A stretch of DNA of 64,000 nucleotides from assembly GCF_006345805.1 (NCBI RefSeq), contig NC_042999.1, positions 82,894,001 to 82,958,000 of the forward strand, given 5' to 3'. Both the position numbers and the translations under genes were made by a program. Positions 1 through 12,370 of the stretch are shown here, piece by piece (position 1 is the stretch's first letter; the number at the start of each line of letters is the position of its first letter). The notes below the pieces were generated by a model, which did not search any database, was not told the origin of the DNA, and was given only the letters and a program-made list of their open reading frames with translations. The DNA comes from Octopus sinensis (lineage: Eukaryota).

Positions 1-106
1 ATGGTTTACCCAAGAACATAACATGTCGCCTGGTCCAGGAATCAAAATCACAATCTTACAATCATGAGACAAACACTTTAACCACTAAGCCATGTGCCTC
101 CACAAC
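1..106 (-). mobile_element. tRNA-derived SINE head (family C, Meta/CORE-like body), cut by window edge
   Basis: Reverse complement reads TGTGGAGGCACATGGCTTAGTGGTT...GATTCCCTGGACCAGG...GTTCTTGGG (A and B boxes); same family as 5418, 53560, 61786. Confidence 0.75.
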
Positions 107-129
107 ATAGCAACTACATGTGTAATATG

Positions 130-745
130 AAGTGTATGAGTGGACAGTGCACAAGCAAGACTCAGAGCAATGTGGAAGACAAAGGACTGCTATAGTGGAC
201 CTGTGATTAAGGTGAATAATGGCAGTTGAGTAAAGAAGTGCCAAATTCCACAAAGATGACAAGTAATCAGACATTTTGTTGGAGAAGAGCATCTTCAGAT
301 GTTGGGCTTCACAGAAGAGATGACAAAGAACCAAGACTTCTTGTAATTTGGTGTACTTGAGAAGACACATCAAGCTAAGTAAAATAATGGTCATCACATA
401 CATAGAAGCATGTCCTTTAGGGCCATGCCCTTCACCCCATCTCTCAACCAAGATCTCTTTGCCTTGTGGGCTCACATGTGCAAGTTATATGCAAAAGCAC
501 CTGTGTCAGTGCCATATAAAAGCACCCATGCTGGTGCCACCTAAAAGTGTTTGTGCCAGTGCCACATAAAGAGCACCCAGTGCACCTTGTAAAGTAGTTG
601 GCATTAGGAAAGGCATCCAGCCATTGAACCCATACTGAAACAAACAATTGGAACCTGGGCAGCTCTCTGGCTGACCAGTTCTTGTCAAACCATCTAACCC
701 ATGCCTGCATGGAAAGCAGTTGCATCATAATGATGAAGACGAGGA
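130..745 (+). mobile_element. RTE-clade LINE 3' fragment (decayed ORF end plus 3' UTR)
   Basis: Decayed translation ...VKKC...LGFTEEMTKNQDFL*FGVLEKTHQAK; the 3' UTR matches the RTE copy at 2378-3660 and ends TGGAAAGCAG...ATGATGA. Confidence 0.75.
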
Positions 746-796
746 TATACATATATACAACCAAGCAAACTAGTTCATTAAGAAACTCTCTATTAC

Positions 797-1022
797 TGTG
801 TGTGTATGTTTGTGTGTCTGTGTTTGTCCTCCCAACATCACTTGGCAACAAATGGTGGTGTGTTTACATCCACGTAACTTAGCGGTTTGGCAAAAGAGAC
901 CGATAGAATAAGTACTAGGCTTACAAAGAATAAGTCCTGGGGTCGATTTACTTGACTAAAGGTCGTGCTCCAGCATGGCCGCAGTCAAAATGACTGAAAC
1001 AAGTAGAAGAGAAAAGAGAGTA
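797..1022 (+). mobile_element. SINE family A, 3' half
   Basis: GTTTGTCC...AAGAATAAGTCCTGGGGTCGAT...CCAGCATGGCCGCAGTC...GACTGAAACAAGTA tail shared with many copies in the window. Confidence 0.85.
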
Positions 1023-1294
1023 CTGTGACCACAATCTCTTTTTTTCCTAATACACACACACACACACACACACTTACTACACATCCCCTTTTTCTGCTCC
1101 ACTATCCTGTTCTGTCTTGTATTCACTTTGAACCTAGACCTCTTCTGTCTGTCTGTCTGTCTCTCTCTCTTTCTCTTTCTCTCTCTCCAAGTGGGCAAGC
1201 CATGTATTCATCTCTTCAGCAAGACACCTGCTCCTTGTCCCTCTATTATACCAACTCAGTTAAGGGCTGTTATCTTGCAGGTACTTGGTAACCT

Positions 1295-1488
1295 CACTGG
1301 TGCTGGTGCCACATAAATTGCACCCAGAACGCTGTGAAGTGGTTGGTGTTAGGAAGAGCATCTAGTAGTAGAAACCATGCCAAGCAGACATACAAACCTG
1401 GTCCTGCCTTATGGCTCACCTCTCCTTCATGAGCCATCTAGACCATGCCAACATGGAAAAGAATACATTAAATGATGATGATGATGAT
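1295..1488 (+). mobile_element. RTE LINE 3' UTR fragment with (GAT)n tail
   Basis: GGTGCCACATAAA..GCACCC...GTGGTTGGTGTTAGGAAG...CATGGAAAAG...TTAAATGATGATGATGATGAT. Confidence 0.7.
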
Positions 1489-2078
1489 TAGTGAAGGAAA
1501 ATAGGGATCACAGTAGTCCAGGCAAATACCTCAGCACACCATACAACAAACTCTATAAGAAGAGCCATTAAAGAGTAAAGTAGTCCACATAGGTAAAATA
1601 CACTAGGTGATCTGTACAAAGTGTAGATCCTAGGTTATTCACAGATCGATTGGTTGATACATTAGTAATCATAGGATATAGTAGAAATCACATAAACAAT
1701 AAAGAACTGAAGTTATGTAAGAATAACAAAATGGAAAAAAAAATTCTTGCTTTAAGAAAATGGTGGGAAACACCAAAGCTGTCACAGAGTGGCCCTTATG
1801 GAGAAATATGTGCATTTTGAGTTCTGCATATAAAATCACAATGGAAATAACCATTTTACAGGTCAGATATATGTGAAGCATATTTGAACTTATCAAAAAG
1901 GTTTGTTTATATATTTTCACTCTATCATGTGCCAACCATGTATACATACACACACACACACACACACATATATGAAAAAAAAACATTAAGAACAGGACAT
2001 CACCAACGAGGGGAAAATATGTAATCACACAATGAGAGATAAGTACAGGGCAATGTATACATATATATGTATATATGA

Positions 2079-2144
<66 letters not shown>

Positions 2145-2282
2145 TATATACACCTATATAAACATATATGTAAATTAATATACATATATTTATATGTACA
2201 TACATTTTACACACACAAACACATATATATTCATATATATACATATATATATATATACATACATGCAAATACAAATTTATAC

Positions 2283-2377
<95 letters not shown>

Positions 2378-2378
<1 letters not shown>

Positions 2379-3660
2379 CATCATCATCATCGTTTAATGT
2401 CTGCTTTCCATGCTAGCATGAGTTGGATGATTTGACTGAGGTCTGGCGAACCAGATGGCTGCACCAGGCTCCAATCTGCTCCTAACGCCAACCACTCTGA
2501 GAGTATAGTGGGTACTTTTATGTGCCACTGGTACTAGGGCTGGTCAAGTGGTATTGGCAATGGCCACATTCAAATTACGTGCCACCTACACAGGAGCCAG
2601 TCCAGCGGCACTGGCAATGACCTCACTTGAATGTTTGTTTTTTCATGTGCCACCAGCACAAGTGCCAGAAAGGCTATGCAGGTAACGATCATGCTCGAAT
2701 GGTGCTTTTTACGTGCCACCAGCACAGAAGCCAGTTTGTTGCTCTGGCAACGATCATGCTCAGATGGTGCTCTTAGCGCTCCACTAGCACAGATGCCAGT
2801 CATCGAATTTGATTTCGATTTCGATTTCACTTGCCTCAACAGGTCTTTGCAAGCAGAGTTTAGTGTCCAATGAAGGAAAGGTATGCATAACTGGGCTGGT
2901 TACATCCCTGGCATGGGCCACGAAGTTATGGTTTCACTTTGTTTGCCAAGTCTTCTCAAGTATAGCATATTTCCAAAGGTCACTAGTCATTGCCACGGTG
3001 AGGCCCAATGTTCAAAGGTCATGCTTCACCACCTCATCCTAGGTCTTCCTGGATCTACCTCTTCCACAGGTTCCCTCAACCGCTAGGGTGTGGCACTTTT
3101 TCACACAGTTATCCTCATCCATTCTCGCCACATGGCTATACCACCACAGTCATCTCTCTTGAACACCATATCTGATGCTTCTTAGGTCCAACCTTGTCTC
3201 AAGGCACTAACACTGTCAAATATGCACACTGACATTACACATCCATTGGAGCATGCTGGCTTCATACCTTGTGAGTTTACACATGTCCTCAACAGTCACA
3301 GCCCATGTTTCACTGCCATGTAGTATGGATATTTGTACACATGCATCGTACAGCCTACCTTTTACTCTGAGCGAGAGGCCCTTTGTCACCAGCAGCAGTA
3401 AGAGCTCTCTGAACTTTGCCCAGGCTATTCTTATTCTAGCAACTACACTTCCAGCACACCCTCCCCCGCTACTGACTTGGTCACCTAGGTAATGGAAGCT
3501 ATCAACTACTTCTAGTTTTCCTCCCTGGAATGTGGCGAAAGTTGTTCTCAGCACATTTTCAGTGTTTATTGCTCCTGAGCATCTGCCACATACAAAAACT
3601 ATCTTCTCAGCTAGCCTTCCTTTGATATTGTTGCACCTCTTACATTCCTTGCAAGTGGTA
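2378..3660 (-). mobile_element. 5'-truncated RTE-clade LINE (RT C-terminal region, 3' UTR, (GAT)n tail)
   Basis: ORF 3216-3554 LEVVDSFHYLGD...ARIRIAWAKFRELL...KGRLYDACV...LHGSETWA is typical RTE ORF sequence; the minus strand ends GCAGACATTAAACGATGATGATGATGA. Confidence 0.9.
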
Positions 3661-3669
3661 TTCTTTCTA

Positions 3670-4260
3670 AAAAGCTGAAAGATGGCATTCTATGCCTTAT
3701 CTACAAAGGTGGAAGCAGAGCAGAGGCTAAAAACTACAGGCCAATCTCTCTGACTTCCCATATCAGTAAAGTCATGGAGTGATTCATCAGAAAGAAGTTG
3801 ATAATGTTCCTGGAAGAAACTGCTGCTTGACCATTCAGATGATAACGTATATCATGGCATGGTGAGTCATAAGCTACAAGACCATGGCATTGCTAGTAAA
3901 CTGGGTGAGTGGCTGCATGACATCCTTAAAAGAGAAGTCAGGTAGTTGCAGCCAATGGTGCCCTTTCTGAGGAAACTCAAATCCTAAGTGGTGTTTCCCT
4001 GGGAACTGTTCTGGGGCCATTACTGTTCATATTAGCCCTCTTAGATATGCCCATGGTCACTCAGACAGCCGATGATATAAAATTATCACAGGCAATAAAA
4101 AACCAAGATGATGTCATAAACTTACAGCAGGACCTAAATTCAATATACAAGTGGGCCGAAATAACCAACATAGTTCCAAGTCGTGGTTATACTAGACGAA
4201 CAAGTAAATGTCTAAAAGTTCCTGAGTTCATTCTGCCTACAGGACATATGAGAAGGCCAA
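3670..4260 (+). mobile_element. CR1/L2-group LINE reverse transcriptase fragment, decayed
   Basis: Translates to IYKGGSRAEAKNYRPISLTSHISKVME, SGVSLGTVLGPLLF, ADDIKL and LQQDLNSIYKWA, with stops and deletions. Confidence 0.9.
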
Positions 4261-4486
4261 AAGCACAAAATCTCTAAAAATATTTAAATGATTACAAGTT
4301 AAATCACACGCCTGTATATCTATCTATCTCTATATCTATCTATCTATCTATCTATCTATCTGTGTGTGTGTATAAATATGCGTATGAATATATATACATA
4401 TAAATATGCATATATACATACACATATATATATATATATATATATAAATATGCATATATACATACATATATATCTATATCTATATA

Positions 4487-4784
4487 TCACGTGATCACAT
4501 GACCGACCAGGCTATCAGATGTTGCTACACATCGCTGGTCACAATGCACTTCGCATTGTTTTAGCCTTCAAATGACGCCAAGCGAGCAGGCCAACAGAAG
4601 AAAGAGTGAGAGAAAGTTGTGGTGAAAGATTAAAGCAGGGATCGCCACCACCCCCTGCCGGAGCTTCGTGGAGCTTTAGGTATTTTCGCTCAATAAGCAC
4701 TCACAATGCCCGGTCTGGGAATCAAAACTGCGATCCTACGACCACGAGTCCACTGCCCTAACCACTGGGCCATTGCGCCTCCAC
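4487..4784 (-). mobile_element. tRNA-derived SINE, family D (possibly octopus OK-type)
   Basis: Minus strand GTGGAGGCGCAATGGCCCAGTGGTTAGGG...GTTTTGATTCCCAGACC (A and B boxes) with a body unlike families A-C; the OK assignment is unverified. Confidence 0.7.
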
Positions 4785-4801
4785 ATATCTATATCTATAT
4801 C

Positions 4802-4843
<42 letters not shown>

Positions 4844-4845
4844 AA

Positions 4846-5230
4846 TCTATAACTATAAAAGACAGTTTGTATGTGTGTGTGTGCATGTCTGTGTGTGTGC
4901 ATGTGTGTGTGTGTGTGCATGTGCGTGTGTGTGTGTGTATGTTCCTTATGCATTCCAAAACCGAGTTGCCAATTTTGATGTATGGGGTATCAAAAGATTC
5001 AGCACTATTTCTGCTACTAACTAAACTTTATTTTCATTGACATATTTCCATTACAAAAATTTAAAATTATAATCTTTTCCATAACTCAACTATTGTGAGC
5101 ATTTTATACAACAACAACGACGACGATGATGTCACATTTTCTATATGATTCTGTACCTTAAAAGACATCCATTGTTACAACACACACCGTCACTCACTCA
5201 CTCTATCTCTCTCTCTTTCTCTTGTACACA
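4846..5230 (+). mobile_element. Possible non-autonomous Helitron 5' part
   Basis: TCTATAACTATAAAAG followed by a (TG)n tract and CTTATGCATTCC, a layout like animal non-autonomous Helitrons; no convincing 3' hairpin-CTAG end found. Confidence 0.35.
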
Positions 5231-5417
5231 CACGTCCATTTCATATACATGTACATACACCTTATTTTTACAGAATGCTGAATGAGAAAAAGACAGAGAG
5301 ACAAGAGAAAGAAATAGAGACAGAAAACAAGCTTCTATAGGAGAAATTGAAAGACGGATAGCGGGTGAGAAACAGACGCTGATGTTTCATACCCTATGGA
5401 TGTTCCATAGTTGAAAA

Positions 5418-5744
5418 GGGAAAGAAAGCCAGCATGGGATTGCACCTAGAAAGTTACCATCCAAGGCACAAGTCCAGGCAAGGTTGTTTATGGAAGACCA
5501 GCAGTCACCTGTGCATACCAGCCTCTACTCTCTACACCACTGATATTATCCAAGGGAAAGGCAAAGGGGCCGATACAGCTTGGCATCAATGACGTTGCAT
5601 CTCATTTCTACAGCTGAGTGAACTGGGGTAATGTGAAATAAAGTGTCTTGCTCAAGAACACAATACGCAGACCGGTCCAGGATTAGAAGTTGCAACCTCA
5701 CGGTCGTACGATTGACGCTCTAACCACTGAGCCATGTGCCTTCA
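5418..5744 (-). mobile_element. SINE family C, near full length
   Basis: tRNA-like head plus GTGTTCTTGAGCAAGACACTTTATTTCAC...CACTCAGCTGTAGAAATGAG body on the minus strand; aligns by eye with 53560-53866. Confidence 0.8.
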
Positions 5745-5780
<36 letters not shown>

Positions 5781-5826
5781 TGTATATGTATATAGATGTA
5801 TATGTATATATAGAGGTATATATATA

Positions 5827-6234
5827 TACTCTTTTACTTGTTTCAGTCTTGTGACTGCGGCCATGCTGGAGCACCGCCTTTAGTCGAGCAAATCGACCCC
5901 AGGACTTATTCTTTGTAAGCCTAGTACTTATTTTATCAGTCTCTTTTTGCCGAACCGCTAGTTACGGGGACGTATACACACCAGCATCGGTTGTCAAGCA
6001 ATGTTGGGAGGACAAACACAGACACACAAACATGCACATACACATATATATATATATATATACATATATACGACGAGCTTCTTTCAGTTTCCATCTACCA
6101 AATCCACTCACAAGGCTTTGGTCGGCCCGAGGCTATAGTAGAAGACACTTACCCAAGGTGCCACACAGTGGGCCTGAACCCAGAACCATGTGGTTCGCAA
6201 GCAAGCTACTTACCACACAGCCACTCCTGCGCCT
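5827..6234 (-). mobile_element. SINE family A, full length (tRNA head, CORE-like CCTTGGG-AAGTGTCTTC segment, internal microsatellite)
   Basis: Minus strand from AGGCGCAGGAGTGGCTGTGTGGTAAG to GAAACAAGTAAAAGAGTA. Partial or degraded copies also lie at about 8475, 8850, 9820, 10170, 11770, 22520, 23510, 30095, 30960, 31850, 42830, 47440, 48340, 49390, 59520, 60310 and 62530. Confidence 0.9.
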
Positions 6235-6305
6235 ATTATATATGTATATAATATATATATGTATGTATATATGTATATATGTATATATATATAGAGAGAG
6301 AATTG

Positions 6306-6357
<52 letters not shown>

Positions 6358-6429
6358 GCATAAAAGATATATATTATATATATAATTCAAAATAAGAAAA
6401 TGGAGAAATACATCTAAATCATTTATCAA

Positions 6430-6660
6430 CTACCAGATAATACCCAATCATATACTTTATTAAACCACTACATAAGAACATTAGGGTTAAACATAAAAAT
6501 ATATAACAAAACAGCGTACATGAAAGAGAAATACAATACAAAAAGTACAATCATTATAAGAGGGTATAAATAAATAAATATAAATAGATATAAATATAAA
6601 TATACACTATATCTTACAGCTGTTTCGGCCATGCAGATAAATATGCCTCATTTTACCTAT
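6430..6660 (-). mobile_element. Penelope-like pseudo-LTR remnant with degenerate hammerhead-like motif
   Basis: Minus strand ATGA-GGCAT..ATGGCC-GAAACAGCTGTA at 6615-6655; the CTGA of the core is lost. Confidence 0.45.
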
Positions 6661-7212
6661 ATTAGCCATGTATAGTATGCCAATATGAAGTTAAAATTGA
6701 AACATTCACAAAGATATCTTAAGGCCTCTTCGGAAATTCTAAAGTATAAACCAAATTACATATATACTCATATAAGTGTGGGTACATACTCATAATAAAT
6801 CATTTACATATATATACGAGTGCATATACTCATACTCTTATACATACACATATACATATACATAATAATACAAATAATATAAATCAATAAAATATATATA
6901 TATGTTCCATATTCAATGTTTTTAAACTTAATATTAAGATATTACAACGTAGAGAACATAGACATATTCATACTTCAATGCAGATATATAGAGTCAGTAT
7001 TACCTTATATCAATTTACAAAAAGTCGTATATTGGATATATGTTATCCCATGGAGGGTTGAATTTGCAACCCCTATCTTAATTTGTATTCATATATATAT
7101 ATATATATATGTATATATATCTTATATGCATATATATACATATATATATATATGTATATATGTATATATATATATATATATACATACATATATATGCATA
7201 TGTATATAGATA

Positions 7213-8467
7213 TTGGGTTGGCAGTTAAGTTCCTGCCGTTTATTTTAAATTGTGGAATGTATTGCATTTTTTAATTTTGGAATCTACTTTTTTTGAGAAT
7301 TCTATTTTTGAATCAGTTTGGAATCTATTTTGTTTTTTTCCTAGTTAATTCTAGTTAACTTTTGTTTATTTTCCAATCATTAAAAGGGAATGTCAAGTTA
7401 AGAAAAAAGAGCATTTTTGACCACTGCTTCTTTTAGCTTTTAATCAAGGTTCTAAGGCTGAAAACGCTGCTTGTGACATTTGTGCTGTGTATGGAGAGGG
7501 TGCTGAAAGAACCACTGAAAGAACCACTTGTGATTGGCATGCCAAGTTCAAAATGGAAATTTTGACCTCAAAGACGTGCCTCGTTCTGGCCGGCCAGTTG
7601 AGTTAGATGAAGAGCGATTAAACCAACTTTTGCATGAAAATTCTCGTCAAATGACAAGGGAACTAGCAGAGAAAATGGAATGCTGCCACACTGCCATAGA
7701 AAAGCATCTTCACTCAATGGGAAAGTTTCAGAAGTATAGAGCATGGGTTCCGCATGCTTTAAGTGATAATAACAAAAATCAACCACTCAACTCATGGACA
7801 CAAGCAACGAGTTCTTTACCGAATCATTACTGGCAACGAAAAGTGGTGCCTGTACATCAATATGAAGCAGCATAAAGAATGGCTCAGCCTCGGAAAACAA
7901 GCGACACCGTGCGTGAAACAAGATCTTCATCCGTGTAAAACGATGCTGTGCATATGGTGGGACTGGGAAGGGATTATCCATTACGAATTGCTTGAATGGA
8001 ACCAAACGGTCAATGCAGAACTTTATGTTCAACAGATGGAATGACTCAACATGGCTATTGAAGAGAAAAGACCTAATCGGCAGCATGGAGTTCTTCTGCT
8101 GCATGACAAAGCCCGCCCTCATATCGCAAATATGATCAAGGAAGCCATGGATGGAAAGTGCTGCCACATCCACCGTACTTTCCTGATTTGGCACCAATGG
8201 ATTTCCACCTCTTTCGATCTCTTTCAAATGCTATGCGTGGACTTTCATTCAATACTGATGCAGGATTGAAAGCTTGGTTAGATCAATTTTTTGAGTCGAA
8301 ATTGGCTGATTTCTACCAATGAGGTATTGAAAATCTTGTTGAACATTGGGAAGAAGTTGTAAACAACAAGGGTAAATACATTATTGACTGATTAGTTGTT
8401 ATTTTTTATTAAATCTTTTAAAAAATTTGAATTAAAAACAACAGCGGGGACTTAGTTGCCAACCCAA
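7213..8467 (+). mobile_element. Full-length decayed mariner (Tc1/mariner) DNA transposon, about 1.25 kb
   Basis: TIRs TTGGGTTGGCAGTTAAGTTCC (7213) and the reverse complement TTGGGTTGGCAACTAAGTCCC (ending 8467); TA on both flanks; transposase inside. Confidence 0.95.
7385..8390 (+). pseudogene. Mariner transposase pseudogene
   Basis: PRSGRP, WVPHAL, ITG(D>N)EKW, HD(N>K)ARPH and PDLAPMDFHLF motifs across ORFs 7534-8269, with frameshifts and stops. Confidence 0.93.
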
Positions 8468-8602
8468 TATATATAGGTGCATCGTAATAAGCTTACTTAT
8501 AGTTCCGGGTTTAGTCCCACTGCACGGCAACTTGACCAAGTGTCTTCTACTATAGCCTTGGGATGGCCAGGGCCACGTGACGCAAACAGAAAGAAGTCTG
8601 TC

Positions 8603-8634
<32 letters not shown>

Positions 8635-9172
8635 TTGATTGTTTTTGTCCCCCACCCCCATTGCTTGGCAACTGATGTTGGTGTGTTTACATCCCTGTAA
8701 AATAAAAGTTTGGTAGAAGTGAGTGATAGAAGAAGCACCAGGCTTACAAAGAATAAGTCCAGGGGTCAAGTTCTTCAACTAAAAGGCAGTGCTCCAGCAT
8801 AGCCATACTCAAATGACTGAAACAAGTAAGATAGTAAAACAGTTAGATATTCTTTTATTCTTTTATTTGCTTCAGTCATTTCATTGTAGCCATGCTGGAG
8901 CACTGCTTTTAGTCAAGCAAATAAACCCCAGGACTTATCCTTTGTAAGCCTAATACTTATCCTATTGGTCTCCCTTGCCGAACTGCTAAGTGACAGGGCC
9001 GAAAACACACCAGCATTAGTTGTTAAGCGATGTTGGCTTTGGTCAGCCCGAGGGTATAGTAGAAGACACTTGCCAAGGTGCCACGCAGTGGTGCTGAACC
9101 CAGAACCATGTGGTTGGTAAGTTATTGCTGCGCCTATATATATATGAATATATATATATATGTGTGTATCCA

Positions 9173-9209
<37 letters not shown>

Positions 9210-9361
9210 ATATATATGTGTATATATATATATAATTATATATATATATATGTGTGTGTATATATATATGTATATACATATATTATAGCCTCAGGGTGAC
9301 CAAAGCCTTATGTGTGGATTTTGTACACAGAAAGTGAAAGAAGACTGTTGTATATATACAT

Positions 9362-9524
9362 AGGCGCAGGAGTGGCTGTGTGGTAAGTAGCTTGCTTACC
9401 AACCACATGATTCTGGGTTCATTCCCACTGTGTGGCACTTTGGGCAAGTGTCTTCTACTATGGCTTCGGGCCAACCAAAGCCTTGTGAGTGGATTTGATA
9501 GACAGAAACTGAAAGAAGCCTGTC

Positions 9525-9575
<51 letters not shown>

Positions 9576-9810
9576 GTATATATATGTATGTGTGTGTATA
9601 TGTTTGTGTGCCTGTTTTCCAGCAACATCGCTTGACAACCAATGGTGGTGTGTTTACGTACCCGTAAATTAGCAGTTCGGCAAAAGTGACCGATAGACTA
9701 AGTACAAGCCTTACAAAGAATAAGTCCTGGGGTCGATTTGCTCGACTAAAGGCGGTGCTCCAGCATAGCCACAGCCAAATGACTGAAACAAGTAAATGAG
9801 TCAAGAGTAT
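9362..9810 (+). mobile_element. SINE family A, full length
   Basis: AGGCGCAGGAGTGGCTGTGTGGTAAGTAGC...GACTGAAACAAGTA; several CpG sites decayed. Confidence 0.9.
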
Positions 9811-10045
9811 ATTTTTGTGTGTGTGTGTCCATGTTTGTACCCCACCATCACTTGAAAACTGATGCTGCTGTGTTTGTATTGCTTTAACTTAGCAGCTTAG
9901 CAAATGACACTGACAGAATAAGTACTAGGCTTACAAAGATTAAATACTGTGTTTGATTTGTTCTACTAAATGCGGTGCTTCAGCATGGCTGCAGTCATAT
10001 TATAATTATATATATAAACACATATATACATGTATATCCATTCAT

Positions 10046-10095
<50 letters not shown>

Positions 10096-10586
10096 GTGTG
10101 TGTGGGTGTGTGTGTGTATTTCACTGCACCCATAAGAGGGCTCTGCCTTGAAGGGTTGTAGTGTAATAAATTGATCCTAGTACTTGTTAGTCTCCCTCAC
10201 CTTTACTAGTAAGTTATGAGGGCATAGACAAACTAACACCAGTTGCCAACCTGTGATGGGAACAAATACACACAAAAAGTCATAGATACAGATATATGCA
10301 TATAGATATATATTGCAACAGGCTTTTTCCAGTTCCCATCTACCTAATCCAAACACAGAGGCTTCCATTCCTGAGAGGCTGTAGAAGACACTCAATGAAA
10401 GTGTCATGCAGTCGGCTAAACCTGGAACAATGTGGTCGGAAAGCAAACTTCTTACTACAGAGCCTCACCTGCATGTGCTTTTCCTGTCTCTCTCTCTCTC
10501 TCTCTCTCTCTTTCCATATATATATGTCTGTGTGTATAGAGGTATCAAATACATACACATACCGTATATGTATATATATATATAAT

Positions 10587-10684
10587 ATGCACATACCATA
10601 TAATATATATATATATATATATGCACATACCATATAATATATATATAGATATATATATATATATATATATATAATATGCACATA

Positions 10685-10721
<37 letters not shown>

Positions 10722-10849
10722 TATATATAGCACATACCATATATATATATATGCACATACCAGATATATTATATATAATATATATATATTGCACATACCA
10801 TATATATATATATATATATGCACATACCATATATATATATATGCACATA

Positions 10850-10896
<47 letters not shown>

Positions 10897-11105
10897 TACC
10901 ATATATATATATATGCACATATCATATAGATATATATATATATATATATATAATATATATGCACATACCATATATAGATATATAATATATATCACATACC
11001 TATATATTATATATATATATATGCACATACCATATATAGATAATATATTATATATATATATGCACATACCATATATATATATATATATATATGCACATAC
11101 CATAT
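10587..11105. repeat. Minisatellite: GCACATACCA core separated by variable (TA)n
   Basis: Counted 13 exact and 2 variant cores, plus one more near 11617. Confidence 0.9.
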
Positions 11106-11934
11106 ATATATATATATATATACATACATATATATATATATACACACACATATATATATATACACACACATATATATATCCACACATATATATACACAAC
11201 ATATATATATATACCACATATATATATACACATATATATACACATATATAGATACATATATATACATATATATATATACATACATTGATATATATACATA
11301 TACATAAAAATATGTATGTATGTATGTATAATATAATATATATAATATATATATATATATAATATATATATATATGTAGGTATTAATATATATAAATAAA
11401 TATATAGTGATCCCTCACCATATTGTGTGTCACATATCACAGTTAATTATCATAGTGTTGTTTCGCAGTGTAATAAAATAAATTTTTACAAATTATAAGA
11501 AGAATAAAAAAAATATTCTTTGCGAATTTTTATATACATGTATATATACAATAATATATATGTGTGTGTGTATATGTATACATACATAAATATAATATAT
11601 ATATATATACATACATGCACATACCATATATATATATACATAAACATACCATATATATATATATATATGTGTGTGGTGTATATATATATATACATACACA
11701 TACAATATATGTATATGTGTATATATATATAAATGCAAAAACAAAAAATTATTATATTATTTTATTTGTTTCTGTCATTTGTCACTCACAAGGCTTGGTC
11801 GGCCAGAGGCTATAGTAGAAGAAACTTGCCCAAGGTGCCATGCAGTGGGAGTGAACCTGGAACCATGTGGCTGGTAAGTACCACGCAGCCACTCCCATCT
11901 ATCTATCTATCTATCTTTCTATATATATATATGC

Positions 11935-11966
<32 letters not shown>

Positions 11967-11989
11967 ATATTTTAAATTTAATCATTAAA

Positions 11990-12370
11990 CTGCAACCATG
12001 CTGGAGTACCACTCTGAGGAAATTTTAGTGGAATGAATTGACACCAGTATTTATTTTGATTTTCTTTTTTTAAAGCCTGGTACCTATTCTATCGAAACCT
12101 TTTGCCGAACAGCAGCGTTGTGGAGACGTAAACAGACCAACACCGTTTGTCAACCGGTGGTGAGGGAGAAATGCATAGACAGGCCGGTAGGCACACACAC
12201 ACACACACATACACGACGGGCTTCTTTCGGTTTCCGTCCACCCAATCCTCTCATAAGGCGTTGGTCGGCCCGAGGCTATACAAGACACGTCAGGTATCAC
12301 GCAGCAGGAATGAACCCGAAACCAGGTAGTTGGGAAGCAAACTTTTTACTACACAACCACGCCTGCGCCT
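11990..12370 (-). mobile_element. SINE family A, diverged but CpG-retaining
   Basis: CGACGGGCTTCTTTCGGTTTCCGTCC...GGTCGGCCCGAGG on the plus strand. Confidence 0.8.

Noticed and set aside
10587-11105. CRISPR-like constant-repeat/variable-spacer appearance
   Set aside because: The repeat is only 10 bp, the spacers are pure (TA)n, the context is eukaryotic and there are no cas genes.
10296-11975. Long ORFs up to 250 aa (also near 2, 6, 9, 24.5 and 48.5 kb)
   Set aside because: Y/I/C/V/H/T runs are translations of (TA)n and (CA)n microsatellites.
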